From the NCBI GenBank assembly GCA_052327205.1, contig CM126206.1, forward strand, positions 37,448,001-37,512,000: a DNA stretch of 64,000 nucleotides. Direction: 5' to 3'. A model generated the notes under the pieces. The model was not told where the DNA came from. It saw only the letters and a list, made by a program, of their open reading frames with translations, and searched no databases. Source of the stretch: Somniosus microcephalus. Lineage: Eukaryota. Below are positions 1 to 13,228 of this stretch, in pieces (positions within the stretch are counted from its first letter, which is position 1; every line of letters begins with the position of its first letter). Made by a program: the position numbers and the translations under genes.

Positions 1-396
1 GGAGCAGACAGACAGAAACTACTTCTGTGGACGTCTCATTAGTTTGGTTTGGTGATGTGGTGTTTGAGTTTCCATTGGCGATGACCCAAACTAAAACGAT
101 TGGACTATGGACCCTGGACAATGATTGTCGCCTCTTTAAGAAAACATCCTAGTTTACTGCATGTGGCTTACATACTTCCCATCATTTACCATGAAATAAT
201 GACCCATAGTATTTATTACAAGATCAGTAAAACTACTCTGTGATGTTTCAGAGATCCCACCCTGCAAGGGAGTGACAGGAAGCGTTGGCTGGCGCCTGGG
301 GTGTCTTTAGATTAAATTGTGTAATGCAGATATGAAATATGATCACGTTAATCATAACAGCCTACCGGCTGATGAGAAAGGCGCGCAGTTTCTTTA

Positions 397-675
<279 letters not shown>

Positions 676-3600
676 TCAGGAATACAAAGAAAGAAGAGAG
701 AGAGAAAAAAAACTCAATGAAGCATCCTGTTCAATTTGTGGGTTTTGTCTGGTTTCGTGGTTGGCTGTGAGACAGAATGAGGCATTTAATCATTACGGTA
801 ACACACTCGTTACCTCCTATTTATTTATATATTGGCCAATTATATACACGCATGAACACAGGCACTAAAGAAATGACAATATCACAGGGGGAAGAAATTC
901 GAGATCTCCAGCTTGTCATTAGTAAACTGGAGATGTCTAACTCCAAGAGCCAGCCATCATCTCGCCTCTTCATTGCTCCTCCGCCTATTCTAGCCCACCC
1001 ATCACCCCAATACCCACCTCCTATGTATATTTAACTTATTTTATCACTTCTTTGTGGAACGTCAACTAAGGGTAAGTGAGAAACAGTCCCAAAAAAACAC
1101 CCGCTGAATGAAAACTGATTTTAGGAAAAAAATAGTTCACATTCTCCTAATCAGGGTTAAACAGTCCTAGACACATAAGCTCGGTCTCTGTGTGCGGGAA
1201 GAGGGGATTCACACCATATGCAAGTATCCGATCAGTGGTGCCACGGTAGGAGTGCTCTACCCCCTCGCTAATTTGACACAAATACTCTGGAAGATGCTGA
1301 TGTCTGTTCTGCGCAATTAAAAAAAAAACCCAGCCCGCCTCAAAGACACACACACAAGGTTTGTCGTTTTATGTTCGCGGAGTTCTCCAGCAAACAGAAC
1401 CTGTATCGATGCCGCGAGAGTCCGAGTCAGAGAGAGAGGGGGGAATAAAGGAATGCTGAGGTGCTCTCTAACCTTTGTGAGGATTCGGTGCTGGGATGCT
1501 TGGCCTTCTCCAGGACAACTCTCCACAACACCATACCAATGTGTGAAATAAAACACATCAGTCCTGTGCCACAAAGGCTCTTTTCAGAACGGCGAGTGTG
1601 TAGGGGTGTGTGTGGAGGGGGGGGGGGGGGGTGGTGTGGGGGGAGAGAAAGAGAAACTTGTATTATTCCTGCTGCCTGCCTTCTGCAAGACGTGACAACA
1701 TTGCACGGAGAAAGTCTTAACTGCGAGCAGTATATTCTCTTATTAAGGACGGTCGAGATAGTAAACGGAACATTTCTGCACGTGCAGAAAGGCATGTACT
1801 GTTGTTAATTATTCTCCCCATTAGGGTCCCTGGCAAGATATGGCGAGCAGACTTTGACTAAGCGGTCACTTGCTCAATAAATGAATCGCTGTACCGGCTC
1901 TACTGGTAACACATGGGAAGTTGGAGGGAAAGATGAGCTCATTTTGAGATATGTTCTTGACGACTACACAACACAGTGCATATACACATGTAATATTCGC
2001 AAACACACACACACTGTATGCACATACTCACACGCAATGCGCGCACACAGAGAACAGAGACTTAAAGCCCATCCTAAATACGCACCTAGAAGGCCTCTGC
2101 ACCTTCCTCTTAATTAACATGTGCATTTTGAGCAAGTTTTCGTTCCATACTGTCCGAATCGCTGTGATATCACTTTAAACCTCTTCCACTGCACCGGGTA
2201 CCCAGTGCGCACACGCAGGTCTGTGCTACCGCGACACCCACCCACTATCCTTAATGGTTCCCCTAAACAACCCCTCTGGGACAAGTCATTTGTGAACGGG
2301 CAGGAGATGCCGAGAAGCTCGGGATGTTTTTTTTTTAAAGTGTGACACGCGGCTCCTTTAAAAATAGCACAGCAACCAGCACCTGGAGGTCGCAGTCTTG
2401 GGCTTTAACTCAAAGATAGAGAAAGCACCGTCAGAGTCCCAAGCGGCGGAGCCAAAAACGAGTTATTAATTCATTGGGTCGTGTGCCACGAATCAAGCCC
2501 CATTCTGACCCGCCACCAGCGAAGCTCAGCGTGACACCTTTGCGAACGCTTTGTGCGGCCACAGAGCGCTTCAACCAGCGACCGCTGGTGTTAATGTCTT
2601 AAATCTATCCACGCGGGGATTGTGAAATGAATTGGGTGGTTGGGGCGGGGTAAGACACCTGTCCATGCAAACAGCTCGCCGGGGCTGTTAAAGGCAAAAG
2701 AGGGTTCATTTCCAACCCCCCCCCCCACCCCGCCGCCCCCACCCCCAAATTCCACAGATCGATCGCCAATCGATTATATTCGGAAAACGTCGCGAATTCC
2801 TCTCCCCGCCGAATGTCTCAAACGTTATTGGAAACACACACACTCTCTGAGCACAGATTCGGCCCTCGGGCTGTCGATATATATTCGGGGGGAGGTGGGT
2901 ACAATTACAGTTGAACTTGACATCCAGAAAGCTGTTCATATATATATATATATATAATTATAGGGGAATATTTAACGAAACACATATGGAAGGCACAAGT
3001 ATGTGTTGTGGCCTTCACATTGGGAGAAAACGACAGAAGGTCATAAGTTCAGACGCTCGCAGCTAATGCAGGATCCGTGTCGAGACGCTGTCTATTCCCA
3101 GCGAACTGTCCTCTCTATTCTGTGCATTCGCCTCGACTCCCGGCCAGTCAGTAGAAATGACTTTGAAAAAAAAACCTGATGCGGCATTCAGCTATTTCGG
3201 AACCAATTTTAAGAAGCAGTGCTATTTTATTTGGGGCCTCTTTTTTTAATCTTTTATTCATGAACCCCGTCTTCGAAAGCACTGCGCACACAAAACCCAC
3301 AAAGCTCGGTCGCCGCTGCTTATGAAGGAGAGAGAGAGAGCGAGGCAAAGATGAAATGTGAAAACCTAGCCAGTCGCGATCGATAACAGAAGAGGAAGTG
3401 GAGCTGAAAATGCGAGGCGTGTGTGTGTGAGAGAGAGACTCGGTGGAGATCACTCCCAATGTACCGGCCCTTGGAGCACACAGCCGCGGCGATCTAGGAC
3501 TTACATGAACCTTGCCGTCTGCATAATGTCAGATTGAACAAGCTTGAAGCCAGACAGCCGCCTTCTTGTTGTTAAAAGCGACACAAGGCGGTGGAGTCCT

Positions 3601-4623
3601 TGGGTGAAGCTCTGAAGAACTACACGCGCTGCTTGTAAACATTCAACCACTCTAATCGCTTAAAAGGGTAATATCATCGTATGTGCAAAATGTGCAGATT
3701 CTGGTTATTTAAAAAAATCTCTGTTTAGTTTCACTGCATCTGTTCATTAAATGCCTGATAGAGATGTATATATATATATATTTACACGTTTAAATCCTAA
3801 TAATGACTTTGGTGGGTCCCACCAAATAACACACGCGGAGATCAGCGGGTTATGCCGCGTTAGGCGAGGAACTTGCTGTGATACCCGAATATTGTAATTC
3901 TAGAAATTGTAATAAAACTTTCACGCAAGCGGACCATTGCCTTAAAAAAAAAAATAATAATCTGTAGCGCTGGGACGCAGTCCCAACACTGTCCCTTCTT
4001 AAAGAAATATCAATATATGAACGCTTCGACAAACACAGCGCAACACGATGCAATTCCGATGTGGACGGCGTCAATACACAGCTAGTAAAGACAAGACAAG
4101 CGAGGGGAAGACCGGTCGATTTCGCCCCCTCCCTCTCGCTCTCGCTCTCTCCTATATTTAGACAAGGCAGCCTCATTAAGTCATCCCAGCTCAGACCTAC
4201 GAGATTCAGAAGCTAATTTAATAGGAGAGAGAGAGAGCCAGACAGACAGAAAGAGCGAGCGAGGGAGAAAATAAAGTCAAGGCTGCGGCAGGTTAGCTAT
4301 CGCAATATCGGACTGCAGGTTAGCAATGATACAAGTGGCCCCGCGGTCAGTATACACTTGGGAGTCCCCCCTTTCTTTACTGTGTACACTCTGATTGATC
4401 AAAGTACAGCCCAGGGGACTACTGCAAACAGATTCACAAACCGAGTCACAAGAAGCGTTGCACACCAACAAAAAAAAGGGTTCACCGGAATCTATAAAGT
4501 TTTCTCCTATATAGATGACCCCCCCTCCGCCGTATTGCTTATATCTGTCACACATCTCGGCAGCCACCGCTGGACGTGCTCGTCCGACAATGGGGAAAAT
4601 GTAATTTGTGATTTGAACCGTAC

Positions 4624-4920
4624 CTGTGTCATCAGCCTGTCAGCCCCAGTGTTCTCTTCATCCTTAAAAATAATGTCTGGATTGTAATTGGGTGTCAATT
4701 CTTTAAACCTCTCCGAGTTCCTGGTAATCTTGCCTTCGTATCTGCCACTTGCCCCCAGAGTCTTTTCTGCCACATTGGGAATATATTGCTTGTAAGCCAG
4801 AGGGGTTAATTTTCTGGGATGCCTCCTTCTCCCATAGCCCCGGCCCGGCCCACAAGCCTTCACAGACGAGACGAGAGAACAGCAGATCAATCCCACTAAC
4901 ACAATTCTTGTCAGCATCAT
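4624..4920 (-). CDS. shh: Sonic hedgehog exon 1 coding part (signal peptide plus start of Shh-N, 99 codons)
   Basis: [22 protein letters not shown]|[77 protein letters not shown], followed by a phase-0 GT donor at 4623. Shh-type residues. Confidence 0.97.
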
Positions 4921-5149
4921 GTCCACTGAATCCAATTACTCGGGGCTTCTATGTCTTTCTCTGCCCTCTTGCTATCTCTCTTGTCTTCCTTCTAGTGTTC
5001 TGACTATCCTCCGATCCCTATCGAGGCAGGTGCTGAAATGGCAAGCTTCAGATCCCCGATAACGGTTACACATCGGAGTTGGGAGCTTTGACAGCGTTTT
5101 TTTTAAAAAAAAGGGACAAAATGCTGTTTAAAGGATACGAAGGCTAGAG

Positions 5150-5270
5150 ACGCTTAAGAGAGACTGGCTGTACAGCAATGTAATATAGCCTCAAAAGGCA
5201 CAACGGTGAGATCTGATTGGCCAGCCAGCCGCTACTGGCTTCTGATGTGTTCACTAAAACCAACAATTTC
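5150..5270 (-). promoter_or_regulatory. shh core promoter (TATA-like, CCAAT, possible FoxA site)
   Basis: On the minus strand: CCAAT box (GGCCAATCAG, 5216-5220), TATATTA (5181-5187) about 30 nt downstream of it, and a TGTTCAC/GTGAACA forkhead-like motif near 5248. Lies about 260 nt upstream of the ATG. Confidence 0.6.
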
Positions 5271-5595
5271 CGAAAATTCACCTGAAGTCTGGCGTATCAG
5301 GAGCGGGAGGAGGACTGCCTCTCGTTATGAAAACATCAATTACAACTTGTTTTCATTGCTGCGTCTCTCTCCCCCCCCCCCCCCCCCCGTGCAAATGCAA
5401 ATCAATCACCGGGATTGATTGGCTTTAATGTAAAATCTTCTCGCTTGACATACGAAACAGCGGTACAGTTGCAAGCAAATAATTGATCTAAATTCCAAAA
5501 TTGTATTTATTGCGAAGATGCCTTAACATCTGCCATTTGTCATTATATATTATCAAACGGGAGTTTAAGAAATACTGCCATATAGTCAAAGGCAA

Positions 5596-5627
<32 letters not shown>

Positions 5628-8600
5628 ATATGAAAAGTGGCACCTATTAAGGAGGTATTTCTTAAACTCCCTTTCGATAATGATATTTCTGATAGACTTT
5701 CACCTCCTAACGCGATCTTTAAATAAAAAGGAACAATTTTGTCCTTAAACTCTTGCAAAGTTCATTAAATAAAAGTCCAAAGGCTTATTTTTAAAAGTGC
5801 TTAATTTACCCATTTGACATATTTTAAGCAAAAGTACTCGACGAAACTTAAGTGTTCTGATAGCAAGCTGAACCGTTAGTTAATATTCGTACTTTTTTTT
5901 CCGAATAGAGAAGTAGTGGGTGTAAAATGATGTAAGGAAATGCAGACACTTCCAGTCTTTGAACATTCACTTACACAATGCTTTGCTGCCCAGAGTTTTA
6001 TTTTAAATAATACAAACAGAATATATATCTGAAATAAATAATTCAGTGTCCCATCACATAAAATCCACTTAATCAGGCTAAAATCTGAAAACCAGTTGGC
6101 TGCTCGGACATTGAAGACGAAGGAGGGCAAAGTTCCTTTCCGCTCCCTGTCAACTCGCATTTCCTAATATCTGGTGTGATATATAACTTTTTACAGGTCG
6201 CCACTGATGGCAGGCGCTTTCGGGATGAGGCAGAAGAGTATCTGTAAATACAATGCAGCAGCGATCGATCCGGGAGATGAGTTTAATGTTACATTAATTG
6301 TTACCTCACGCTACGTGGCAAAATGATGCCCTTATCCCCAACGCACTCAAAACCTGGTAATCGGAAAGACTACATTAGGGTGTCCCAGGGCTATGGTCTT
6401 GACAGTACAGCCCACAGTGTAAAAAGGGACAACATTTTGACTGTCCAGGAGTTAACTTAGTCAATGGAAACTTTTAGCACCGATGTGACTGGGCACAGCT
6501 CGGGACTGTGGACTCGACATCTCCACTAAAGATGAAAGGTTTCCTCCCTTCCGAATAAAGTGATGGATATTTTTCAAAAGTTCCTATATAGCGACCATTT
6601 TTTAAACAGAAAAGTTCAGAAGTTTTGTATCGTTCTTAAATCGCAGTCGCTTTATGTTGCAAAGGGACTTCGTGGCAGATGTGAAGTTAACACATTATTT
6701 CAAATGGCCAGGATGCAAATCAATGCCCCAGCTCGAGAACAAGGGTCGTTTGCTTTTAAAATTCACCGTTTGTTTCTGAGGCGGTGCTGAAAGTTATTTT
6801 TCTTTAAAAGGTTTAGTACAAGCATGGTTGATTTAAGTTGTTTGGCTGACTTTTTACAGCATACACTTACAAATGCCATATAGGAGAGAGAGAGCGAGTG
6901 ATGACTGTGGGAGAAGGGCACTGATGGATTTTCACCTCTGTCTTTATATTTAACTGATACATTATTCTGTGTTTAAAATAACATTCCTAAACAACACCTC
7001 TCAAGGCGTAAAACACAGCAACACATTTCCAAGAAACAAAACTCAAGGGTTAATTGTCAATTAATCTAATCAAGATCCTTGAATCAGTTTAGTTTGTGCT
7101 TGTGCACTTTTCTCGTGTTCTTTATTTTTCCCTTCTCCCAGCTTTTTATGGCACTCTATCCGTTTAACGCTTGCTTCTTTGCCCCTTTTTTCCGTTAAAA
7201 AAAATAAATGAAATGAATGCCTCCCAGTTCAAGCGGAAAAGTGCACCCATCATTCTGGATCTCTTTGGGAAAGGTTGTTTTTCGAATAACGACAGGGCTG
7301 ATTTGCACTCAATACCCGATTGATTGAGTATCGGTCTGTGCCATCTGTGCACCGAGAATATTTTTAGACCGTGGCAGTCACTGTGTGTACCAAAAAAGGA
7401 TACTTGGAGAACTTGATGTAGGATAATCACCTGTCGATGGTCCCGATTAAAACCGAATAACAGGCGCATTTCAGATAGCCTGGCGTCGTTTTGCTTTTCG
7501 GTGCCATTTAAATTCCCTCCCTTTTCCTTAAAGTAGCACACCAAAAAAAAAGCCCCATTGCTTTCATCTTGTTTTCAGTGACAAACCGCTTTTCAAAAAA
7601 AAAAATCATCGCTGGACAATATCACAGTAACTTTCACAGACAACTCGTGGGGCGGAGGGACCCGAGAAGTTATTAAAAGTTTTCACATTACTGGACCAGC
7701 CGTCCTGTCGTCTGCTCCATAAAAATAAACCTAAGCCTGCTCGAGGAAGCGATCACACAGGCTTTTTTTTACAACAACAATAATAACAACAACAATAATA
7801 AAAGAGAAACGAGTTGTTTATATTACTCTATGCTCTACTGGCCAATTTAACAGTGGGGAACTTTCCCCATAAAACCCTCCTTGTAATTAGAGACTTCATA
7901 CATCGAGGTTCAACGCTGAGGGGATATTGAAAATAAAGGGCAGGTTATACCCTCCTCTGCCCTTCCCCTCACACCCCGCGAAAAGTTTGAGAAATCTTAG
8001 TTTAAAACTTTTTTTCGTTAAAGTGGAGGGAAGCGGTGACCCACGTGGGATCCCAATAGTCAACATATCGTGTTGCTATGGAACTCTCTAAACATTGTTT
8101 TACTTAAAGTATACTTTCTTGTATATATATATAAAAAAAACTCTCTGGATCATATGTAACACATCGGGTAAGTTTCATTGGGTTATTTTACACATGGTGT
8201 TGATCAGATAAGATAACAGTTTCATATGTCTTGGGATGTGGTTGTCCAGATTGGACCCCGCAGGGGACGTTCAATTGCTGTGGTTTTTGATGAGTTATTG
8301 CTGACCATTGTTCCGATTTTCAAAAAATACAAACAGAAGCCTTTCCATTGAATTGCAACCAACATTGCTTCATTCAGCACCACGAAACGCCAAAAGGTAG
8401 TTGTGCAAATGTTAAAGGGGCAGCCACGATATTATCACTGAATCTTCCTTTAATCAATGTTCATTTTAACACGTGCAGCCCAATAAATGGAGAATTACAA
8501 GTGGATCTGACTGAGGTCTCTCACATTGTCCTTACTTTAATCCTCTTGCTTTACGCAGAAAGCCTGAAAGTGTTAAAGCTGTGAATATACTCCGCGCTTG

Positions 8601-8914
8601 CATCTACGCATCCACACACAATAATGATGCACTCGAAAGCTACAGACTATGTTTTAAACTTAAATCATTCCTTTACATTAAATCCTTCATTAATTCTGTG
8701 AATCGCGTCGGGGCGTCCCAAGTGTGCGAAAGGCGCTATATAGAAGCGAATTGTTTTATTTGTCTTTCTTTACATTTTCATAATATTAGATAGTATTTAC
8801 AACACAGAAGCAGGCCATTCGGCCCAACAGGTCCAATGTTTATGCTCCACACGGATTCTGGCAAATGCAACACAATAATATAAAGTTTGACGACCTTTAT
8901 TTATTGTCCTGAAA

Positions 8915-8956
8915 ACAGACAGACAGACGATAGATAGAGATAGATAGATAGATAGA
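8915..8956 (+). repeat. Compound (GACA)n/(GATA)n microsatellite
   Basis: acagacagacagacgatagatagagatagatagatagatagat. Confidence 0.85.
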
Positions 8957-10779
8957 TTTGATTTTCGATTGAGTTTAAAGGTTAAAAATCCAGACCGGGT
9001 CTACGAAAATCACTTAATGCTCATAACTAACGGATATAGTCCAGCACTATTTAGGAAATTACAGAACACTTGCAATCTCCGTTAAGAGGTAAGATTGGAA
9101 AGTCTAGGCACCACTAGGCCACATAAGATTATTATGCAGATCTAAAGTAACATTCATTTTCATATTACGAAAAGTAAGAGAGTGACGGGAGGCCGGCCAT
9201 AAAAAGATAACATAACTCCCACTGCAGCCTGTTTAGTGAGAGAGGCCAAACCATTGCGTTGTTGTCGATGGACCAAACTTACATGGGCGTGTGAACAACA
9301 ACAACAGCAACAACAAGCTTCGAGTTAAGTAAAAGTACATCCATCGTTGTCTGCTAATGACCTGGCAGTCTTCGAAAGGGGGTGTCAAGAGAAACTCAAT
9401 GGCATGATGCTAACTGAAGGGAACCTGCGCTCTCTGGCCGAGGCAGGCGGGGCCTGGTCTGCCCAAAGTACACAGACATGCGGCCGAGAGCTGGGGCTCT
9501 GTGTTTGGGTAAAGCTCGGAGACAATGCCTAGCCCCCAAAGTCCACCTCGAAGCCAGCCCTAGCCATGGCAACCACTGTATTCACTAGTCCATGGCAGCG
9601 TCCGAGGTATGTGCATAATTGCGCTGGCTCTTTTTCTCGCATGGGCAGACTATTTTTAAACACAGCATAGATGTTGCCTTTTTTTGTGTGTGACATATTT
9701 ACACCCCAGTTCTTGTTTGTCTCACTTGTTTATGACCGTCCAGCTCAGTCCAGTGGGGGGTGCGTGCACCTTCTGAACACACATATCCAGAACTCCCCCG
9801 TTACATGCACATAAGGCACAAAGAAAAAATAGCCACATTTTAAGGAATATGTAATGATATGGCATAATTTTCTGTTAAAAACATTACTACGCGATTGAAG
9901 GAGTTGCTAGTCTAGATTATTTTTGCCTGAGCTTGACATAGTTGATACATTAATTTCACCCAATTTTGAGACAAATCATGTATTTTGAAATATATTTAAC
10001 CGATGTTGACCCAACGGCATAACCGGTATTTTATTACTCTCTTAAAAAAAAGATTAACATCGTATAACGTTTTAATAAAAGTTTACCAGTAAATGCGCGC
10101 AGCGGCGATTTCACAAAGGTTAAAAGAAATAGCCATTTGCTTCAAAATGCGTCAAACTGAACAAAATCTGTTAAATATTTGGGGAATGAAGTTGAGAAAG
10201 AATCAACCACGCTCCAAAGTTAAAAAAACTTTTAAAATAATGCGTGAGGCATTAAAGTCGTGTGGTTTCAGTCTTAAAAACTTAAATCCATCTGAAGAAG
10301 GACCATTGTATGATCATTTATATCGTCTGAAGGTCTTCTAACTGTAGATATATTTTATGGTCTCTCATTACCTGCGAGCACTGCCAACTATTGAATAATG
10401 CACCCAATTTCACATATCTCTGGGATATTATGGCTTCAACGCACCTTAGTCTGAATCGTTCCTGTTTTTAAAAAAATACCTTTTCTAGTGAGAGTATTTA
10501 AAGGGGGTGTGTCCTCTCTGTCCATACATATAACGTTTATAGTAGGCAAGCCAGAACTAACTAGCTTCCAAACACGCTAAACTGTGCATAATTCATTCGA
10601 GAGTTTAGTGTCACGCATTCAAGTTATCTACTGAAGTTAAGTCGCTTAGTTTTATTTCAATATCTAGCCAAAACATAGCGATTGTGATTGTTACTGTAAC
10701 ACTTTGAGGATTGTGTGACATTTTCCTGCCACTTTAAATAAACCAATCAATTCCTTATAGTTCATCGAATCATAAAATT

Positions 10780-11950
10780 ATTTCAGCACAGCAGATGACC
10801 ATTTCACCCATTAAGCCTCCGCAGGTGCTAGTTTTCTAACTGGAGCTATCTACTCTAGTCCCAGTTCTCTACCCACTTACCATACCCTTTTACATTGCTC
10901 CCCTAAAAATACTTATCCAATTCCATTTTAAATGGTGTCATAGTCTCTGCTTCGATAGGCCACTTGTGATAAAGCATTCATGTGCACATGATTTTCTGTG
11001 TGGAAACATTTCTTCTAACTTCCTCATTCATTATTCCAGTGATAAGATTAAGTCTAGGTCCCTTTGTTACTGATTTGTCAACCAGCGGTGCCAACACCTC
11101 GATTAGATTCCCCACTAACCTTCTCTGTTCCAGTGAAAAATCCCCAATATTTCGAACTGTTTTCCTGAACTATAACCTTTCATTCCTGGCACCATTGTAG
11201 TGAATCTTTCCGTAGCTCTAATATCCTTCTTAACACGGGGAGTCTAGAATTGCACACAATACTCTAATTATTGCCTAACCAATGTGTGTACAAATTCAAC
11301 ATCACCTCATTGCTTTTGTATTCAATGCCCCTATACATAAAACCCAGAATCCTATTTGCTTTTGCAATGACCTTTTCTACCTGAACTGCCACCTTTAAAA
11401 ATCTATGTCTTGGCATCCCTAGATCTCTCTTTTCCTTTTCTCTATTTAGGATCTGACAATTTAGAGTACACTTTCTTTTGCCCCTGTTATTGTTCCCAAA
11501 ATGTGTTACGTAACAGTTCTCTGCATTGAACTGTATCTGTCACCTATTCATATATTCGGCTAACCTGCAAATGTCATTCTGCAATCCACTACATTCTTCA
11601 CTGACAGTTTGCCATGCCCCCAATTTATTATTAGAAGACTTCAATATTATTCCCATTGTACATATGTCCAAACCATTTATATCAACAGAAAACAGGTGAG
11701 GTCCCAGCACTAACGACATTCTGATATTTTGAAGAACATCCACTGTCTACTTTTTGTTCTTGTGCCATCTCTGTCTATCCATGCAGCTACATTCCCCTTA
11801 AAGTCATGCACTTTCCTTTTTGCAGCAAATCTCTTCTGTGTCACCTTATCGAATGCTTTCTGAGAGTCCATATATGCCACATCCACCACATCTCCTTTAT
11901 CTATACTTTCACATGATTTCCTTAATTAAATTAGTAAAGCATGACCCATC
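10780..11950 (-). mobile_element. Old degenerate CR1 LINE 3' fragment
   Basis: Decayed RT-like text (VLGPHLFSVDINGLD, GLQNDICRL) and tgcacacaatactc, the reverse complement of the CR1 EYCVQ motif. Confidence 0.7.
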
Positions 11951-12084
11951 CTTTACAAGTTCAGTTACTTGCGGGTACAGCACTTGTATCAGTTTTGGAG
12001 TGGTGCAAGTGGACAATGCAATATTATATTACCTGTTTGCAGTGCTCTCTGAAAGTGCATTTATACGGCCACTTGAAAAAAAAT

Positions 12085-12365
12085 CATTCTTGGGATGTGG
12101 GTGTTGTTAACAAGGCCAGCATTTATTGCCTATAGAGAAGGTGTACTGTTAGGTACTGTGGGAGCACCTTCACCACATGGACTGCAGGGAGTTCCAGGAT
12201 TTTGACCCAGTGACGATGAAGGATTGGCGATATATATGTCCAAGCCAGGATGGTGTGTGACTTGGAGGGGAGCTTGGAGGTGATGCTGTTCCCATGCACC
12301 TGGTGCCCTTGCCTTTCTAGGTGGTGGTGGTTGCGGGTTTAGGAGGTGCTGTCGAAGGTGTGAGG
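12085..12365 (-). mobile_element. CR1/L2-group LINE 3' end fragment
   Basis: Same family as 26965-27690 and 29175-29480 (gagttccaggattttgacccagtgacgatgaagga). Confidence 0.7.
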
Positions 12366-12821
12366 GGTTGGGAGGTTTGCGCCAATGTAGTGTAATTTCT
12401 GCTTCATGGAAACTCATTATTGGAACTATAACTTGGAGTCAGATTAGTGTTCTGACTCCCAAAGTACATTATAAGAGGAGGAATGAAATCCCCTCCATTC
12501 TGCTGCAGCTGGGCTGGCATATAACTCCAGTATGCCTGAGGTTGCATGCAGAGCAGGACATTCTCCTAATTGTAGAATATATTTACTGGGGGTTGTGCGT
12601 GTATATATGCATGAGTAAACCTTGCTCCTGGCAGGCTGTATGTGAGGTACATCTAGTAGCAGTTTCCAGTATAACTCAAGTCTTGCCAGGTATGCTTCAT
12701 ACTCTGTAGCTAATGGTCTCAGACTGATGATGTAGTGTAACAGCAGCATAAGATGCAGGTACTTGGAGTGACTTCATAGTTTGGAGCATTATAAATGGAT
12801 TAAGGTGGAACTGGGAAAGTA

Positions 12822-13182
12822 CAGGTTGGACCCCGGTAATCCGGCACCCTCGGGACCAGGCCGGTGCCGGACCATTGAAAATTCCGAACCACTGAAGATG
12901 TCAAAAGTCACCACAAACACCGCCACCACCTGCTCCTCCTCTTCCTGCTGCTGCCCTCTCTGTGCCGCCCCCGCCGCCCACGGGCTGCTCGGGCTCAGGC
13001 TCCATTGCTCCGCCGAGCCATCGGTGATGCTGCGCAGTCCAGGCGCTGAACCTGACCCAGCGGCGGTCCCGGGACCCGAGCCGGACCCATCCCAGGGAGG
13101 GAATGTGACAGCAGGACCTTCATCGTGCCGGACCACTGAAGGTGCTGGACCGTCGGGTGCCGGATTACCGGGGTTCAACCTG
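12822..13182. mobile_element. Non-autonomous Tc1/mariner (pogo/Tigger-like) MITE, 361 bp
   Basis: TIRs caggttggaccccggtaatccggcaccc and gggtgccggattaccggggttcaacctg, with TA on both flanks (12820-21, 13183-84). Confidence 0.85.
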
Positions 13183-13228
13183 TAACATAATTCTTTCAGA
13201 TCGCACTTCCAGTGACAGTGTAACTACG

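Noticed and set aside
4507-4935. 142-aa ORF as a complete protein
   Set aside because: It is shh exon 1 reading into intron 1, with a TTG start upstream of the real ATG.
12781-13185. Overlapping 134-aa and 129-aa ORFs on both strands
   Set aside because: GC-rich MITE interior with no recognisable domain.
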